From: Octopus bimaculoides
Lineage: Eukaryota
NCBI RefSeq assembly: GCF_001194135.2
Contig: NC_068985.1
Coordinates: 100,148,899-100,210,802 of the forward strand
Direction: 5' to 3'
Length of the DNA: 61,904 bases
In this document: in pieces, positions 14,285-26,983 of the stretch
Position numbering within the stretch: position 1 is the first letter of the stretch
Layout of the letters: the number at the start of each line of letters is the position of its first letter
Notes under the pieces: model-generated
What the model saw: the letters and a program-made list of their open reading frames with translations, nothing else
Database searches by the model: none
Told to the model about the DNA's origin: nothing
Translations under genes and position numbers: made by a program

Positions 14285-14655
14285 GGACTGGTACTCCGTC
14301 GGTTACGACGACAAGTGTTCCACTTGATCCGATCAACGGAACAGCCTTCCCGCAAAATTAACCTGCATGTAACTGAACACAACCATGTGTACCCTTGACA
14401 CACTTCTCAGGGAGATTCAGTATGACAGAGTGTGACGTGTCTGGCCATTTGAAAAGCAGGTACTACTCGTTTTTCCAGCTGAGTATATAAAAACAGGGCG
14501 GGTCCTTCTTAGTTTCTGTATATCAAATCCACACATATGACCTTGGCCAGGCAGAGCATATAGTAGAATATCCTTGCCCAGGTGCCATGCAGTGTGACTG
14601 AACCCTGAACCATGTGGTTGGGAAACAAATTTCATGCCACTCACACTCGTGCTCA
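14285..14655 (-). mobile_element. tRNA-derived SINE (head plus family A 3' part)
   Basis: Minus strand reads ttcccaaccacatggttcagggttcagtcacactgcatggcacctgggcaagg (tRNA-like head and core), followed by the region homologous to 2070-2266. Confidence 0.75.
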
Positions 14656-15944
14656 ATATCATAGGATACATGCAAGAAATGACGATGGCAATTATTAAAT
14701 CACTTTTGCTGTTGATAACCGGGAGATTGTTTTGCTAGTTTTTATTATATGAACTTTGTCAGGTTATGACATTATGTGGTAAACAATTACAGAAGTTGGT
14801 AGTTATAAACTTTTCAGTAATCATCTATGGAAATTCTTGCAAGCATCCTCCAATTCATCATTCCAGAAGCTATTGTAAAAAATATCTCTAAGTAATTAAA
14901 AAGTGTCGCAACTCTTGTAGATATTAATGTAGAAGTACTACTTTTGTTTTGTTAATAAATTGGTTTTAATTGTTCGTGCTATTATGTTTTAGTCTACACG
15001 AATATTTAGATAAAAAGATAACGAGACGTATTTTATTGTATGTGAATTCATAAATAATTTCAAAAGAATATAAATAGTTCTATATTGCTTTTTACCTCCA
15101 GTGTAAATATAATTCGATGAATTAATCCTTCAGAAAGGCACGTGTTGTTGAGAAGCAGATATTGCAATTACAATTTCAAAGTGGAGAATTGTTCTGCTTG
15201 TTCAGATGGGGAACACTTTCTATTTTCACTAGATATGAAAGCAAAGAATTTCTTGGTACAACTATAGTTCACCTTAACGATATTTCTATTAAATTAGTTG
15301 TGATATCTAAAGTATACAGGGAAACGATAACGCATGCGCTTCAGGAAAATCTCAGTACATTTTGAAACAACGTATAGCTCCACAAATGATTGTATTGTTG
15401 TATCGTAAAATATTTCCTTTCTTCTAATTCCATTAAAAAAATATTTCTGTTCTGCACATAATGTATTCTGATATTAATCACATGCATTGCTAGGTGTGCA
15501 ATAATAATGTGCAGTATGGTTAAATAATTTTGCATCCACGATAAGCTGCATATGCAATTATTAATGCTATTAATTATTAGTGTTTAGTTGGAATTTCATA
15601 TTAATGTTCATTGAGTCATCGTTAGGAATACTAAAGGACTAGTATATTTATCAGTATGTACGTTTAGTGTGATAACTAAGTACTTAAATATTAATATATT
15701 CAATTTCTTGTAATTCTTTGGATAGACAGACGAAATACTTCCTAGAATATCCATTGTATGAACATTCAGACTTTGCAAGATGAACAGCCTGTCAACGCAC
15801 GAGTTTTGTCGAAAGTAAAACAAAGTGGGTTAATCCGATCAATACATCGCCACGAGTATTGTATGATCCTACGTATGGATGAAGAAAATTATTTGGCATT
15901 AAATTCAAACCACAAACAATTCAGGTGAAGCAGCGAAAGGTTTC

Positions 15945-16275
15945 CAGTGTCAATAATTTGTTTTAAATTTTAATACAAGACACGTTTTTTAGTCTATCGG
16001 CCTTGGAAGGGTGAATGAAAAGTCAGGCTCAGCAGGGTTTGACCTTGAAACGTGAAATGACAAAACAAATAGGGCAAAGCATTTTATCTGACGTTTCGAA
16101 ACATTCTTCCGACTAAGACCATTTTCTTACACGCGTAACAATATATTTTCTAATTTTGTCACAAGGCCACCAAATTTAAGGAAAAAGCACGATTACATCG
16201 ACTCCAGTGCTCAACTGGTAATTACTTTTCCGATGCAAAAAACAATGAAAGGCAGAGCCGACCACGGTAGAGTTT
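15945..16275 (-). mobile_element. Two degraded family B SINE copies
   Basis: Reverse-complement family blocks: acaaggcc, gattacatcgactccagtgctcaactggta, atgaaaggcagagccgacc. Confidence 0.6.
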
Positions 16276-16281
16276 ACATAG

Positions 16282-16442
16282 TATATATTGGCTTGGCAAC
16301 TAAGTATATATTGGCTTGGCAACTAAGTATATATTGGCTTGGCAACTAAGTATATATTGGCTTGGCAACTAAGTATATATTGGCTTGGCAACTAAGTATA
16401 TATTGGCTTGGCAACTAAGTATATATTGGCTTGGCAACTAAG
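16282..16442 (+). repeat. 7 identical tandem copies of the 23-bp unit tatatattggcttggcaactaag (mariner left end plus TA flank)
   Basis: Counted directly. There are no spacers, and the last unit continues into the rest of the TIR (ttcccgccgtttt). Confidence 0.95.
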
Positions 16443-17563
16443 TTCCCGCCGTTTTTTTAAATTTCGGAATTTATTACGTTTTTAAATTTTGGAATCTATT
16501 TTTTTTTCGAGAATTCTATTTTTGAATGATTTTGGAATATATTTTTTTATAGTTAATTTTAGTTAATTTTTGCTTATTTTCAGACAAATGGAATATCAAT
16601 TTAAGAAAAATGAGCACTTTTGACACCTCTTTCTTTTTGTATTTAATCAAGGTTCTAAGGCTGTAAAAGCTGCTCGCGATATTTGTGCTGTGTATGGAGA
16701 GGGTGCTATAGCTGAACGAACTGCTCGTGCTTGGCAGGCCAAGTTCAAAAGTGGAAACTTTGACCTCACAGACGCACCTCGCTCTGGCCATCCAGTTGAG
16801 TTCGAGGAAGAGCGATTAAACTAACTTTTGCACGAAAATTCTCGTCAAATGACAAGGGAACTGGCAGAGAAAATGGAATGCTCCCACACTGCTTTAGAAA
16901 AGCATTTTCTCTCGATGGGAAAGGTCAGAAGTATGGAGTATGGGTTCTGCATGCTCTAAGTGACAACAACAAAAATCAATGAGCCATTGTCTCCGCTAGT
17001 TTGCTTGATCGTCAACGCCCAACTCATGGACACAAGCGTATGGTGGGACTGGGAAGGGATTATCCATTACGAATTGCTTGAACGGAACCTAACGGTCAAC
17101 GCGAAACTCTATGTTCAACACATAGAACGACTCAACACGGTTATTCAAGAGAAAAGACCTAATCGGCAGCATGGAGTTCTGCTGCACGACAACGCCTGCC
17201 CTCATATCGCCAATATGACCAAGGAAGCCATTCAAGCTCATGGCTGGGAAGTGCTGCCACACCCGCCATATTCTCCTGATTTGGCACCTACGGATTTCCA
17301 CCTCTTTCGAGATCTTTCAAATGCTATGCGCGGAGTTTCGTTCAATACTGATGCAGAATTGAGAGCTTAGTTGGATCAATTTTTCGAGTCGAAATCGGGT
17401 GATTCCTACCAACGAGGTATTGAAAATCTTGTTGAACGTTGGGAAGAAGTTGTATACAACAAGGGTAAATACATTATTGATTAATTAGTTGTTATTTTTA
17501 TTAAACCTTTTAAAACAATTTTAATTTAAAAAACAAAACGGCGGAACTTAGTTTCCAACCTCA
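16426..17563 (+). mobile_element. mariner DNA transposon, internally deleted
   Basis: Left TIR ttggcttggcaactaagttcccgccgtttt matches the reverse complement of the right TIR aaaacggcggaacttagtttccaacctca. TA on both sides, with a transposase remnant inside. Confidence 0.95.
16588..17484 (+). pseudogene. mariner transposase pseudogene
   Basis: MEYQFKKNEHF*..ARDICAVYGEGAIAERTARAWQAKFKSGNFDLTDAPRSGHP..VWVLHALS..[deletion of the first catalytic Asp region]..VWWDWEGIIHYELL..LLHDNACPH..HPPYSPDLAPTDFHLFR..RWEEVVYNKGKYIID*. Contains stops and frameshifts. Confidence 0.95.
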
Positions 17564-17571
17564 TATAATAA

Positions 17572-18170
17572 TAATATTGGTTTCAAATTTTAGTACAAGG
17601 CTAGTAATACGAGTGAACAGCTCTTGCTTACTTTATCGACTTTGAAAGAATGAAAGGTGTAGTCGACCTCGGTAGAATTTGAACTCAAAATGGAAATACG
17701 GACTAAATGATGTTAAGCCTTTTTTGCTCGACGTGCTAACAATTCTGCCAGCTCGCCACCTTGGTGTACATAATAATTATTTCTAATCTAGGCACAAGAC
17801 CTTGAAACATCTTTGGAGGAAGGGGGCTATTCGATTATATCGACCCCAGTGCTTAACTGGTTCTTATTTCATCGACCACGAAAAGATGAAAGGAAAAGTC
17901 GAGCTCGGCTGAATTTAAACTCAGAAGGTAGCGGCAGACGAAATACCTATTTCGTTATTGCCCACAAGGGGCTAAACATAGAGGGAACAAACAAGAACAG
18001 ACGAACGGATTAAGTCGATTACATCGACCCCAGTGCGTAACTGGTACTTAATTTATCGACCCCGAAAGGATGAAAGGCAAAGTCGACCTCGGCGGAATTT
18101 GGACTCAGAACGTAACGACAGACGAAATACCGCTAAGCATTTCGCCCGGCCTGGCAGTTCACCGCTTTCT
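17572..18170 (-). mobile_element. Three head-to-tail family B SINE copies
   Basis: Minus strand shows an A-box-like ggcgagctggcagaattg and B-box gagttcaaattc. The body tttcatcctttcggggtcgataaattaagtaccagttacgcactggggtcgatgtaatcgac occurs three times with divergence. Confidence 0.9.
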
Positions 18171-21100
18171 CGGTATGCATAATAATATTAACATAAGTAT
18201 CCGTTATTGATAATAAGATCGAACGCATACTGAACCTCTTTCTTATGGATTTATTTACATATTCAGCAGCATAAATATCCAAATATTGATTTAGTTTATC
18301 AAACTCCTTCATAATTCATAATATAATCCATATATGGAGAGCAATCAGCTATTTAATATGAAAAATTAGGATATTTTATTAAATCTATATTACTCAATTA
18401 TGTCTAAATTGAGAAAATTATCCTTACAACCTATAAAGATATTATGTCGTCTCAGTAATTATAAATTTCTATTCCATTATTTATGATAGACTTCTGTATA
18501 TCATATATAATGTTGAAAGCCACAAAAACTGCAATATTCGCATCGCGACAGCGCTTCGTATAGAGGTATGTTGAAAAGAAATACAGAAGTGTATCAAAAT
18601 AGACGAGAAGTGTCCTGCACCAGCGGCGGCAGATTTAATAAATACAGATTTCTGCGTCTTTGAGCGTCATTAATAGGAAAGGTGTACTAGAAACGGCATG
18701 GTTTTGCTGATTCTGATGTGGGGACAGCAGAAGCTGAATTTCTCAAAGCCCGCGTTTGTTAATGGATACTTACTGTATCTTAGTTTAGCAATTCCACCAC
18801 TGATTGTGGACGCTTTTACTCTGCCACTTATAAATCATTGATTGTTATGCCTCTAAGTCTATACATGATACTGTCTCGAGTGGCTCGCTACACCGTTTAC
18901 GTTAAGTATTATGTATAGAATGGAACTTTGTACTAAGGTTACTTCCGGCTGCTAAAAAATCTATCGTTTTATGTTCATGCATTTAGGTTGTGTAATGTAA
19001 CTCAGTGTTGTTTCTTTACTGGTATGTATATACGGAAGCCTGAAACATAGAATAACAACTTTATAGTCTTTACGTAATAATAATTATCAATATCATAATG
19101 TAGTCTGTATGTCCGTATATGTGTATGACTCAATACTTCTTCGAAACTCATCACTTGTTGTTGGCACTTCACGTATCTGATTTTACTCTTGCTCTTTGAT
19201 TGGAAATTCACGAAACTCTCTTCGAAAATTAAGTTTTCAACTTCTAAACGGTAGTTCTAATCACGAAAGGCTAAGCAATTAGCATTATTTATCTTACCAG
19301 TGCATTGAATAAATAAATATTTATCATTCTCATAACTGTGAGATTAATTCCAACGCGGCTTCTGTGACACTATTGAATCTTAATGTAGCAAGTTACGCAA
19401 AGATAAAGAGAGGGATTTATCAAGTTAAATATGGGCTGGGGATTTCTTGCTTCTAATTATTGTAACACGAGATAGATAAAGGAAAAACTGATAGAAATTA
19501 GGAATAAAATGGATAAGCTGTCTGTAAATAATTAACCTCCCTTAACACTAAACAGCGTCGATGTAGTACATTAAACCGTTACTCCCTAATCTTTACATAC
19601 GCCACAATGAACTTTAGGGCAGCAATTTTCTTTAAAGCATATCGATTTTTGAAAGCTATTAACTTCAAGTATTATAACTACAACAAATCTAGTGCACATT
19701 TATTTAGATTAGTTATTGTTGGTGCATATGTTAAAAATACAGTTATGTAAATTTTAGAAGTGTTATTATTTATATGATAAAATACAATTCTTTTATATAA
19801 TACATGCCGAAGATATTTGATTGTTTCCTCTTAATTCCTATAATGTTAGACGATAAAACAGAAAATGAATTTACATGCCTGATCACCGTTTTTGAATATT
19901 TCATTGGCTGATGATCGAAATATTCATTCAACGACAAATAAATCTGAAATCCATAACTTCGTTGATATTCTTATTCTTTTTTATTCACCAGCGTTTATCA
20001 TATTTATTAAGTCACGGTTCAATGGAGCTTTTCCTAATGTCCTTCCCATTAAACACGTATTAAACATTTGTCTTTTTAAATAGAATATTCGCATATGGCA
20101 AGCTTCGGATATCGATCGCTTTGATTTATGCCATGCAAATTGAGTGAAAATCTGCTCGGCATCTTTAAGATACTTATGCCAACATTTTGAATGTGTATTG
20201 AGTTTCAGGTTCCCTGTGATGTTGTCACTATTTTATATTAATTTCACACACTTTATACACCCTTATCGTAGCACTAGTTTTTCTATTCATGAGACTTATG
20301 TTGCTTATGCTCCACAAAATAAACATTTTGAAGTGAACTCCTAGGAACAGGCGCTAATTTTCGATCAAACTACACGTTACTATCTTTAAATAGGAAGGAT
20401 GTTTTGATTATGTGCGTGCAAAGATAAAACGAGTGGGAGGGGCTATTAATAAAGTTTCAATTTTTTTTCATAAAAAGCTTTAACATATTATTTGCAGGAG
20501 TGTGGTAGAAAAGCAAATTTGCAAAAATCGCTATGAAATAGAGAAAATACAACTTATGTGGGTGTGCTATTCTGAAAGTTCTGCAAGGGATTCTATTGTG
20601 AAAATTACCAGGCAACGACGGGATACTCAGCTAGTGGTGCGTATGCATCTGTATACACACACACACGCACACACACACACAATGGAAAACTTGAAAACTT
20701 GAAGGTTATATGTATATAAATATTTCGCAAATCAAATACTTCTGTGAGAGGGTGACCATTGATCAACCATTCTGAAAGTTTCTTATTCAAAATATACGTA
20801 TTTCACAGATTTCCCAGCTCAAACATATCAACGACATTATCTTTTATCCCATACGTCTTCACAAGCGCAACAAGTTTCGACATAGCAAAGGCGAAAGTTC
20901 TCAGTCGACTAACAGTTGTGTGCACATCAAACAGAAATGGAACAAACAGACGTTCAGTGTTCAAATAGTCTTGTTGTAAATAAAACACGAAACGGTGTTT
21001 GAGATACAGTAACTATGTACTGAATTTACTAAGCATATGTTAAAATGTATTTCTGCATTTATCTACGTATAGTCTATAGACTTGACTGTTCTACAGTCGT

Positions 21101-21562
21101 GTGATTATTAGGTGATATGTAAAAGAATAGTAATTCTTAATGGAAATTATTATTAACTGTAGTTCTGATGTTACAGGGGAAATGAGAGTTCAAGAAATAT
21201 AAAAGAATTCATATATCTAATACAAAAGATTCAGTGGAATATTTGAAGAATTAAAACCTCACATTTTAGTATTAACAGTAGGTCATTTGGCATGTTACTT
21301 ACGTGAGGCGCATAAATTTGCTGCAGTAAGAATGAAAATGAATAACCCGTCATTGAATAGATTTGTTCAGGTAAATATTTACATCGCATAGACACTAAGT
21401 GACAGAAATTCTTTCGCATGCTGTAAGGAACGAATTGTGAGTAAATGTGTGTAACCATATAAGATGTCATGGTTTTTAAGACCCTAAGTTACATTGATTG
21501 GAAGTTATTTGAGCAACATTGACACCTAACAAGTTGTGTCTTCGTTAATATTTTAAATTAGA

Positions 21563-21584
21563 TGGACAGATAGATAGATAGATC

Positions 21585-21638
<54 letters not shown>
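21563..21638 (+). repeat. (GATA)n(GACA)n microsatellite
   Basis: Direct reading. Confidence 0.95.
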
Positions 21639-22355
21639 ACTGTTGCATGTAGTTTGTTTTAAACCTTAATAAATGTAATTTATTGAAGAGCCATTTGCTA
21701 CCATATATCACGAAAATTTATAACTGCTATATAACCCTCTAGTGACATTGAGAACCATATATTAAAAAAAAATCAAATCTAAGCAAGTGGTTAAACAGTA
21801 TTGCTCGTATCAATCTGATACATATCAGTGTGTTGCAAGGATCGTGTTCTCATATCAGCAACATGAATGTTGTACGAGTATATAAACTGCGGAATATTTT
21901 GCTTGATTGATTTACATACATATTGATTGCTACTGAATATAACAAAGTTAACATTTTCTCCTTTAACGGAACACTTTTGTGAAATCATGGTCTTTCTGTA
22001 TCACTGAGGTAATATATTATAGATTGAAAAAACCCTGATATTATTAATCTTGCATTTTTTTTCTAATCATCCATCCGATATAATCTCCGATCCGATGAAA
22101 AGTTTCAATCATTTTATCATGAGAACCTAGTTTCAAACGCATCACACAAAAGATACTATGTGCAATGAAAGCTTCGTCGGAATACTGTGAAGCAACAGAG
22201 GGTATCAACACGGATGAACTCTACAATTAACCGTTGAACAGAATTCTGTCTATGATACCAAGTCGATTATCTATGATTTCAAGTACAAACGTATGATATA
22301 TAACCCATTATTAGAATGTTTTACGCTGTATGGTGAAGTGGTGCTTACTTCGAAA

Positions 22356-22388
<33 letters not shown>

Positions 22389-22925
22389 NNNNNNNNNNNN
22401 NNNNNNNNNNNNNNNNNNNNNNNNNNNNNNNNNNNNNNNNNNNNNNNNNNNNNNNNNNNNNNNNNNNNNNNNNNNNNNNATATATATGCGTTTTCTATCA
22501 GACTTACCCTCAGCATACAATTATGAGAACGAGATTCACCACTCATGCATCAAAATTAAGAACTAATTTTGTATGATCTTTAAGTGGTCACTAAATTATA
22601 TGCTTTTAACTGTTACATCTACGTTAAAAGCGCGTAATACAGGCTTAGGTATAGAAACATTTAATAATGTAATTTCCGATGCACAGAACGTTGAGTTTAT
22701 CACGGTTGGAAAACGTTGAAAATAGGTCCCGTGGGTCGAAATAACCCCCGGGGTTTAACCAGAAAGAGAAAACTGATAAATCTGATAATGAGAGCGATGT
22801 GATTCTATATAGGCATTTCATGTATATCTCATGAGAGACACGCCTTCTGTGAATACCAAATATTGCGTCGTGCTGTTGTAACGTACACATGTCTGTCACT
22901 TAATGTATGCATGTACGTATGTATG

Positions 22926-22972
<47 letters not shown>

Positions 22973-23026
22973 GTATGTATGCATGTATGTATGTTTGTTG
23001 TTGCACTGTGTATTGTGTGTGCCAGT

Positions 23027-23068
<42 letters not shown>

Positions 23069-23739
23069 TGATAGCGACAAGAGCAGTATTAATATTAGCA
23101 AGTGATATTTATTTTCACTCTTTAATGATCAACAAACATGTATATACATGTATGATGCTTCTCTTCTGTATATAATTGTTCAAATTGTTCCTCTGAGGCA
23201 AGAGCTGGTGGCTAACAAAAATACAAAGCTCCTTCCTTGGAGTATAGATATCGAAAACAAACTCACATTTTAAACTTCAGCAAACCCTTAAATATTTTTA
23301 CAGTTCTACTTACAGATTCTATTTGTTATGTACGAGTTACTTGGTTAAATTTTCTTTCCTGAAAATGCATGCTTATCCAGACTGCCAATTAGGCATTTTC
23401 TCACAAAATCAAGGACACCAATTATTACAGTAAATAAAAATCTGTAACCTGGATGTAGGAGCTGGAGGTTAAGAAGTAGTTGACCGTAGTTATCCTCATT
23501 CTCTTTTATTATAAAGAGACATTCACATCAGCAGGTTATCTATGACGGTACCATGATGGTACTCACATTTACACGTCTGTCTCAAACAGCAATATCCGAC
23601 ATGTGCTTACAATTGATAAATGGTTTCATGGGAATGTACCACCAGTATTCCTCGTGTTGATAGTTATGTTCCTATTAAATACCAAGAGGATTTTGTGAAT
23701 TTATCGTGGACAGTCTTTACTCCGCATGACATTGCATAT

Positions 23740-24420
23740 TGTTTCCACAACATTTTTGTGGTACTTTGATGATTTTTGAAGCAGCTGGAAATGACATGTG
23801 TGATATCTTCCTGAGAAATTTGATATAATGTACGTTTTGGTTTGCATATTCGGACTCGACGCTTCCCTATCTCCGTTTATTAGGTTTTTCGTCGTAATTT
23901 CCTGTTCTAGGATTGCAAATACATAGGATGTAGCGACCGCGTCTCCAAGAGAAGCTTCACTCGATGTCAATATTGCTGTCTTCAACTCTTCAGGAAACAT
24001 ACCCATGTATGGTCCGTTTTTTGGTATGCTGAGCGTTCTTCATTGAGATACGTTATTACTGCTAATTTGGGGTTGTATGGAAGGACATGATGAAGAGAAC
24101 ACTTCCTTAGTAGCTCACTGCCAAAGTATAGGATATTGTTTTTTTTTACTTTTCAGCACGAATTCAATATGTTTATTTTTGCTGCTGCTATTTACCAAGT
24201 GCTGTATGAGAGAGACTATACGATATTCGAAAGCTATTTGCACTGATCCCAAGCCTCTGCCTCCTTTATCTATTCTTTGGTTGGGCCTATTGATATCACT
24301 ATTTCTGTGGAGATTTCCTTTTCTCAGTGTTTTGAGAAAATCGATTTACATCACGAGATCAAGCCATTCTTTACAAAGAACTATAATTGTTGCCGAAGTT
24401 GCTTCTAGTGAATGTCTTTA
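23740..24420 (-). mobile_element. Degraded R4/Dong-like non-LTR retrotransposon fragment (RT C-terminal to zinc-knuckle region)
   Basis: Minus-strand frames give LHRNSDINR..DKGGRGLGSVQIAFEYRIVSL and YVFAILEQEITTKNL, resembling the H.KSDVDRLY.PR..GGRGL and FAIQDQVI.TKNY motifs of REL-endonuclease elements. Many frameshifts. Confidence 0.6.
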
Positions 24421-24924
24421 AGTTAAGGTGAGCTTCATCACAGCTTTTTCGACTGCTTCATATCTCTGATAGAAAGGTCTTTGTGAGCTTTTGCATAACA
24501 CCGAAGTAGATCTTGGTTTAAATGTAGAATCCGAGTAAAGTGGGAGGAGTACTTACGTCCTCTCAGATAGATTACTGGTGCTGTAGTGTTGTTTGTCGGT
24601 GGTGTTGCTATTATTTTCAGTCGTGATCGTATTAGTGAACTTCCACGTGGTATAAGGTGTATGCTTTTTTTTCCTTTAAATCTGATCTGAATAACGGTAC
24701 TTTAGTTAGTAAAATGTGTAATTCATATTTATAATAGGAAAAATATACCAGTTATTGATTTAGGCTGGAAGAGTCGACCGACATAAATGTAGAAGTAATG
24801 GTTCAAAATGAAATTTTAAATGGTCTTCTATGTCTGCATGTATGATGTTGACGGCATGTGTATGTATGGACCTATGTATGTATATATTTATGTATGTGTA
24901 TGCGTGCCTTTGCGTTTACTTTTG

Positions 24925-25105
24925 CCCCCCCACACACACACACACCGATTGGCAATCCATACTAGATTGCAAAGTTACCCGTAACCTAGTGGTTCCTTAG
25001 AAGAGAACGCTACAATAAATACAAGACTTATAGAACCGGTAACGGGGTCAATTTCTGAGATGAGGCCGTTGAAGTCAATGTCCAGGCCTGATCGCTGTCC
25101 AATAA
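24925..25105 (+). mobile_element. Degraded SINE 3' half (family C)
   Basis: cccgtaacctagtggttc..aataaatacaagactt..ggggtcaattt..aataattgaaataagtaaa is homologous to 34550-34745. Confidence 0.55.
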
Positions 25106-26839
25106 TTGAAATAAGTAAAGCATAAACGACAATCATTCATAAAATACCTTTGACAACAATATTTTGAGTGTTAAATTATATTTGGATAAAAATGCATTCA
25201 TTTATAGTTAAGAAATTCTCTTGAAACTGCGTGTTTTGCGTTCAACACCACTGCTTGGTATGTTCTATTATAAACCCTGGGAAGGGAAACGTAGGGCCGA
25301 ATGTTGCTCTTTGCTTTGAGGGTGGGGTTACGATAGGCTTCATCCTTAGCCCAGCTTCATGCTACTAATTAACCAATGGCTGTTTCAAGCGACTCTACTC
25401 TGTTGCAATCATAAAAACCAGTTATTCCTCCTAATGAAAATTTCCTTCTTTTCATCAGTCTCATAAGGGCTTTTTAAAAACCTACTATTTCTACAATTTC
25501 TCTTATCAATATGTTAATAACTTAAATATCTCTAATCAGAAAAAAATATTTCAGTACTCTTCAGTTTCAGGATAGTAATTTTTTCTAAACGTATTGATTT
25601 TAGATGCTGAAAATATTATAGGAAGTTACATGTCTCACATGGGCTTCCATATGGAAGTAATTACATCACATTCAGAATCTTTACTAAAATGCAGTATCCA
25701 CGTTCTACTTTTTAGTAATATATCAAAAGCATTTTCTCTGACGAATTTTACGTAATTATATTACGTCAATTTGATAAGGAAAGTAAAGTTTTCATTTTTA
25801 ATAATTTAATTTGGAAGCGTGTCAAAATTAAAATAGTTGGCAATTCTTCAATTAGTGTAGTTATATATGTGTATGCAAAAATATGCTGGCGCACAAACAT
25901 ACGCATACACGCACAAAACCCAATTTGCACACATATACACACACACATACATGCATGTATAAATATGTACACACACATGCATACGTGTGTGTATAAGTGC
26001 GCGTATATTTATGTATGCATATGTCTCAGCCTGGATGTGTTTATTACAATACATTTTTATTTTCATGACTGCATTTATTATATTTCCTACTAAAATAACG
26101 TATTCATTATAATATTTATATATCTATATATATTAGACAAAACTAGGGATGAAATTAATTCGAATATTTAATTTACATATCTATAAAAATACCAGTTGAT
26201 TATAAAAATAGAAAAACAATTCCATAGCATTATTGACGCTGTGGATCTTATCATTCTTACCTCATATTTTAAAATTTATTGTTTGCTTTTCTTGTGGCAG
26301 CAATGATTGAGTGAAGACAAATACATTCTTTACTCGACTATATTTGAATATGCTTATGCTTGGATCTATAAATTGTTATTTGATTCCATACAATTTATTA
26401 GATGATGGAATATTCATGAAAAGCAAAAGTTTTCCATGATGCAGCTAATTATAGCTACTGTTGTCCAAGAGATGTTGTGGGAAGATGCGATGTTTTGGAA
26501 GGAGGAGATGTTGTTGATTTAGATCTTAACAAATATGGTGTAAATATGGTGTAAATATGAAAACAGGATTACTTGAGACCAATGATTTTCCAGTCATGGC
26601 CACCTCGTTCATATTCTATATGGCATATATTTAGTACTGTGCTGTATTATATAATGTCTTCGTTTTCAAGAGAATATGAGGTAAATTAGAGGATTTTTGT
26701 AACCTACTTTAAGCAAATTGATTGGCCACGTAAAGTAAGCCATTGTAAAAATCATATTTTCAAACTCATTCCTTACCTGCAAACAAAGATGTCATATCGT
26801 TTACAAGGCTTTGTGCATTAAACGTACTTAGATAGGTTG

Positions 26840-26983
26840 AGTATAGAAGGAACGTGTGTACCGTGTAATCGTCGCATTGACCATGCGAGAGAAGGTTGAG
26901 CAGAAAATCTGCATCAAATTTACTCTGTGTGGTTGAACTTCGTTACTATGTCAACACTCCAGATACTTATTGATCAGGTCTCG
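26840..26983 (+). mobile_element. Short mariner remnant: N-terminal codons fused to an inverted terminus
   Basis: MREKVEQKICIKF from ATG 26883, followed by tttactctg..cttcgttactatg..gatacttattgatcaggtctcg|ta, the reverse complement of the terminus at 13481. Confidence 0.7.

Noticed and set aside
15162-15365. Possible C2-like peptide (KEFLGTTIVHLNDI)
   Set aside because: The resemblance is short, there is no convincing splice donor and no other domain parts are present.
16282-16442. CRISPR-like array of identical 23-bp repeats
   Set aside because: There are no spacers, the unit is the mariner TIR end, the context is eukaryotic and there are no cas genes.
19905-19925. ctgatgatcgaaa core-like motif
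   Set aside because: Only 2 nt separate the core halves, so there is no stem II.
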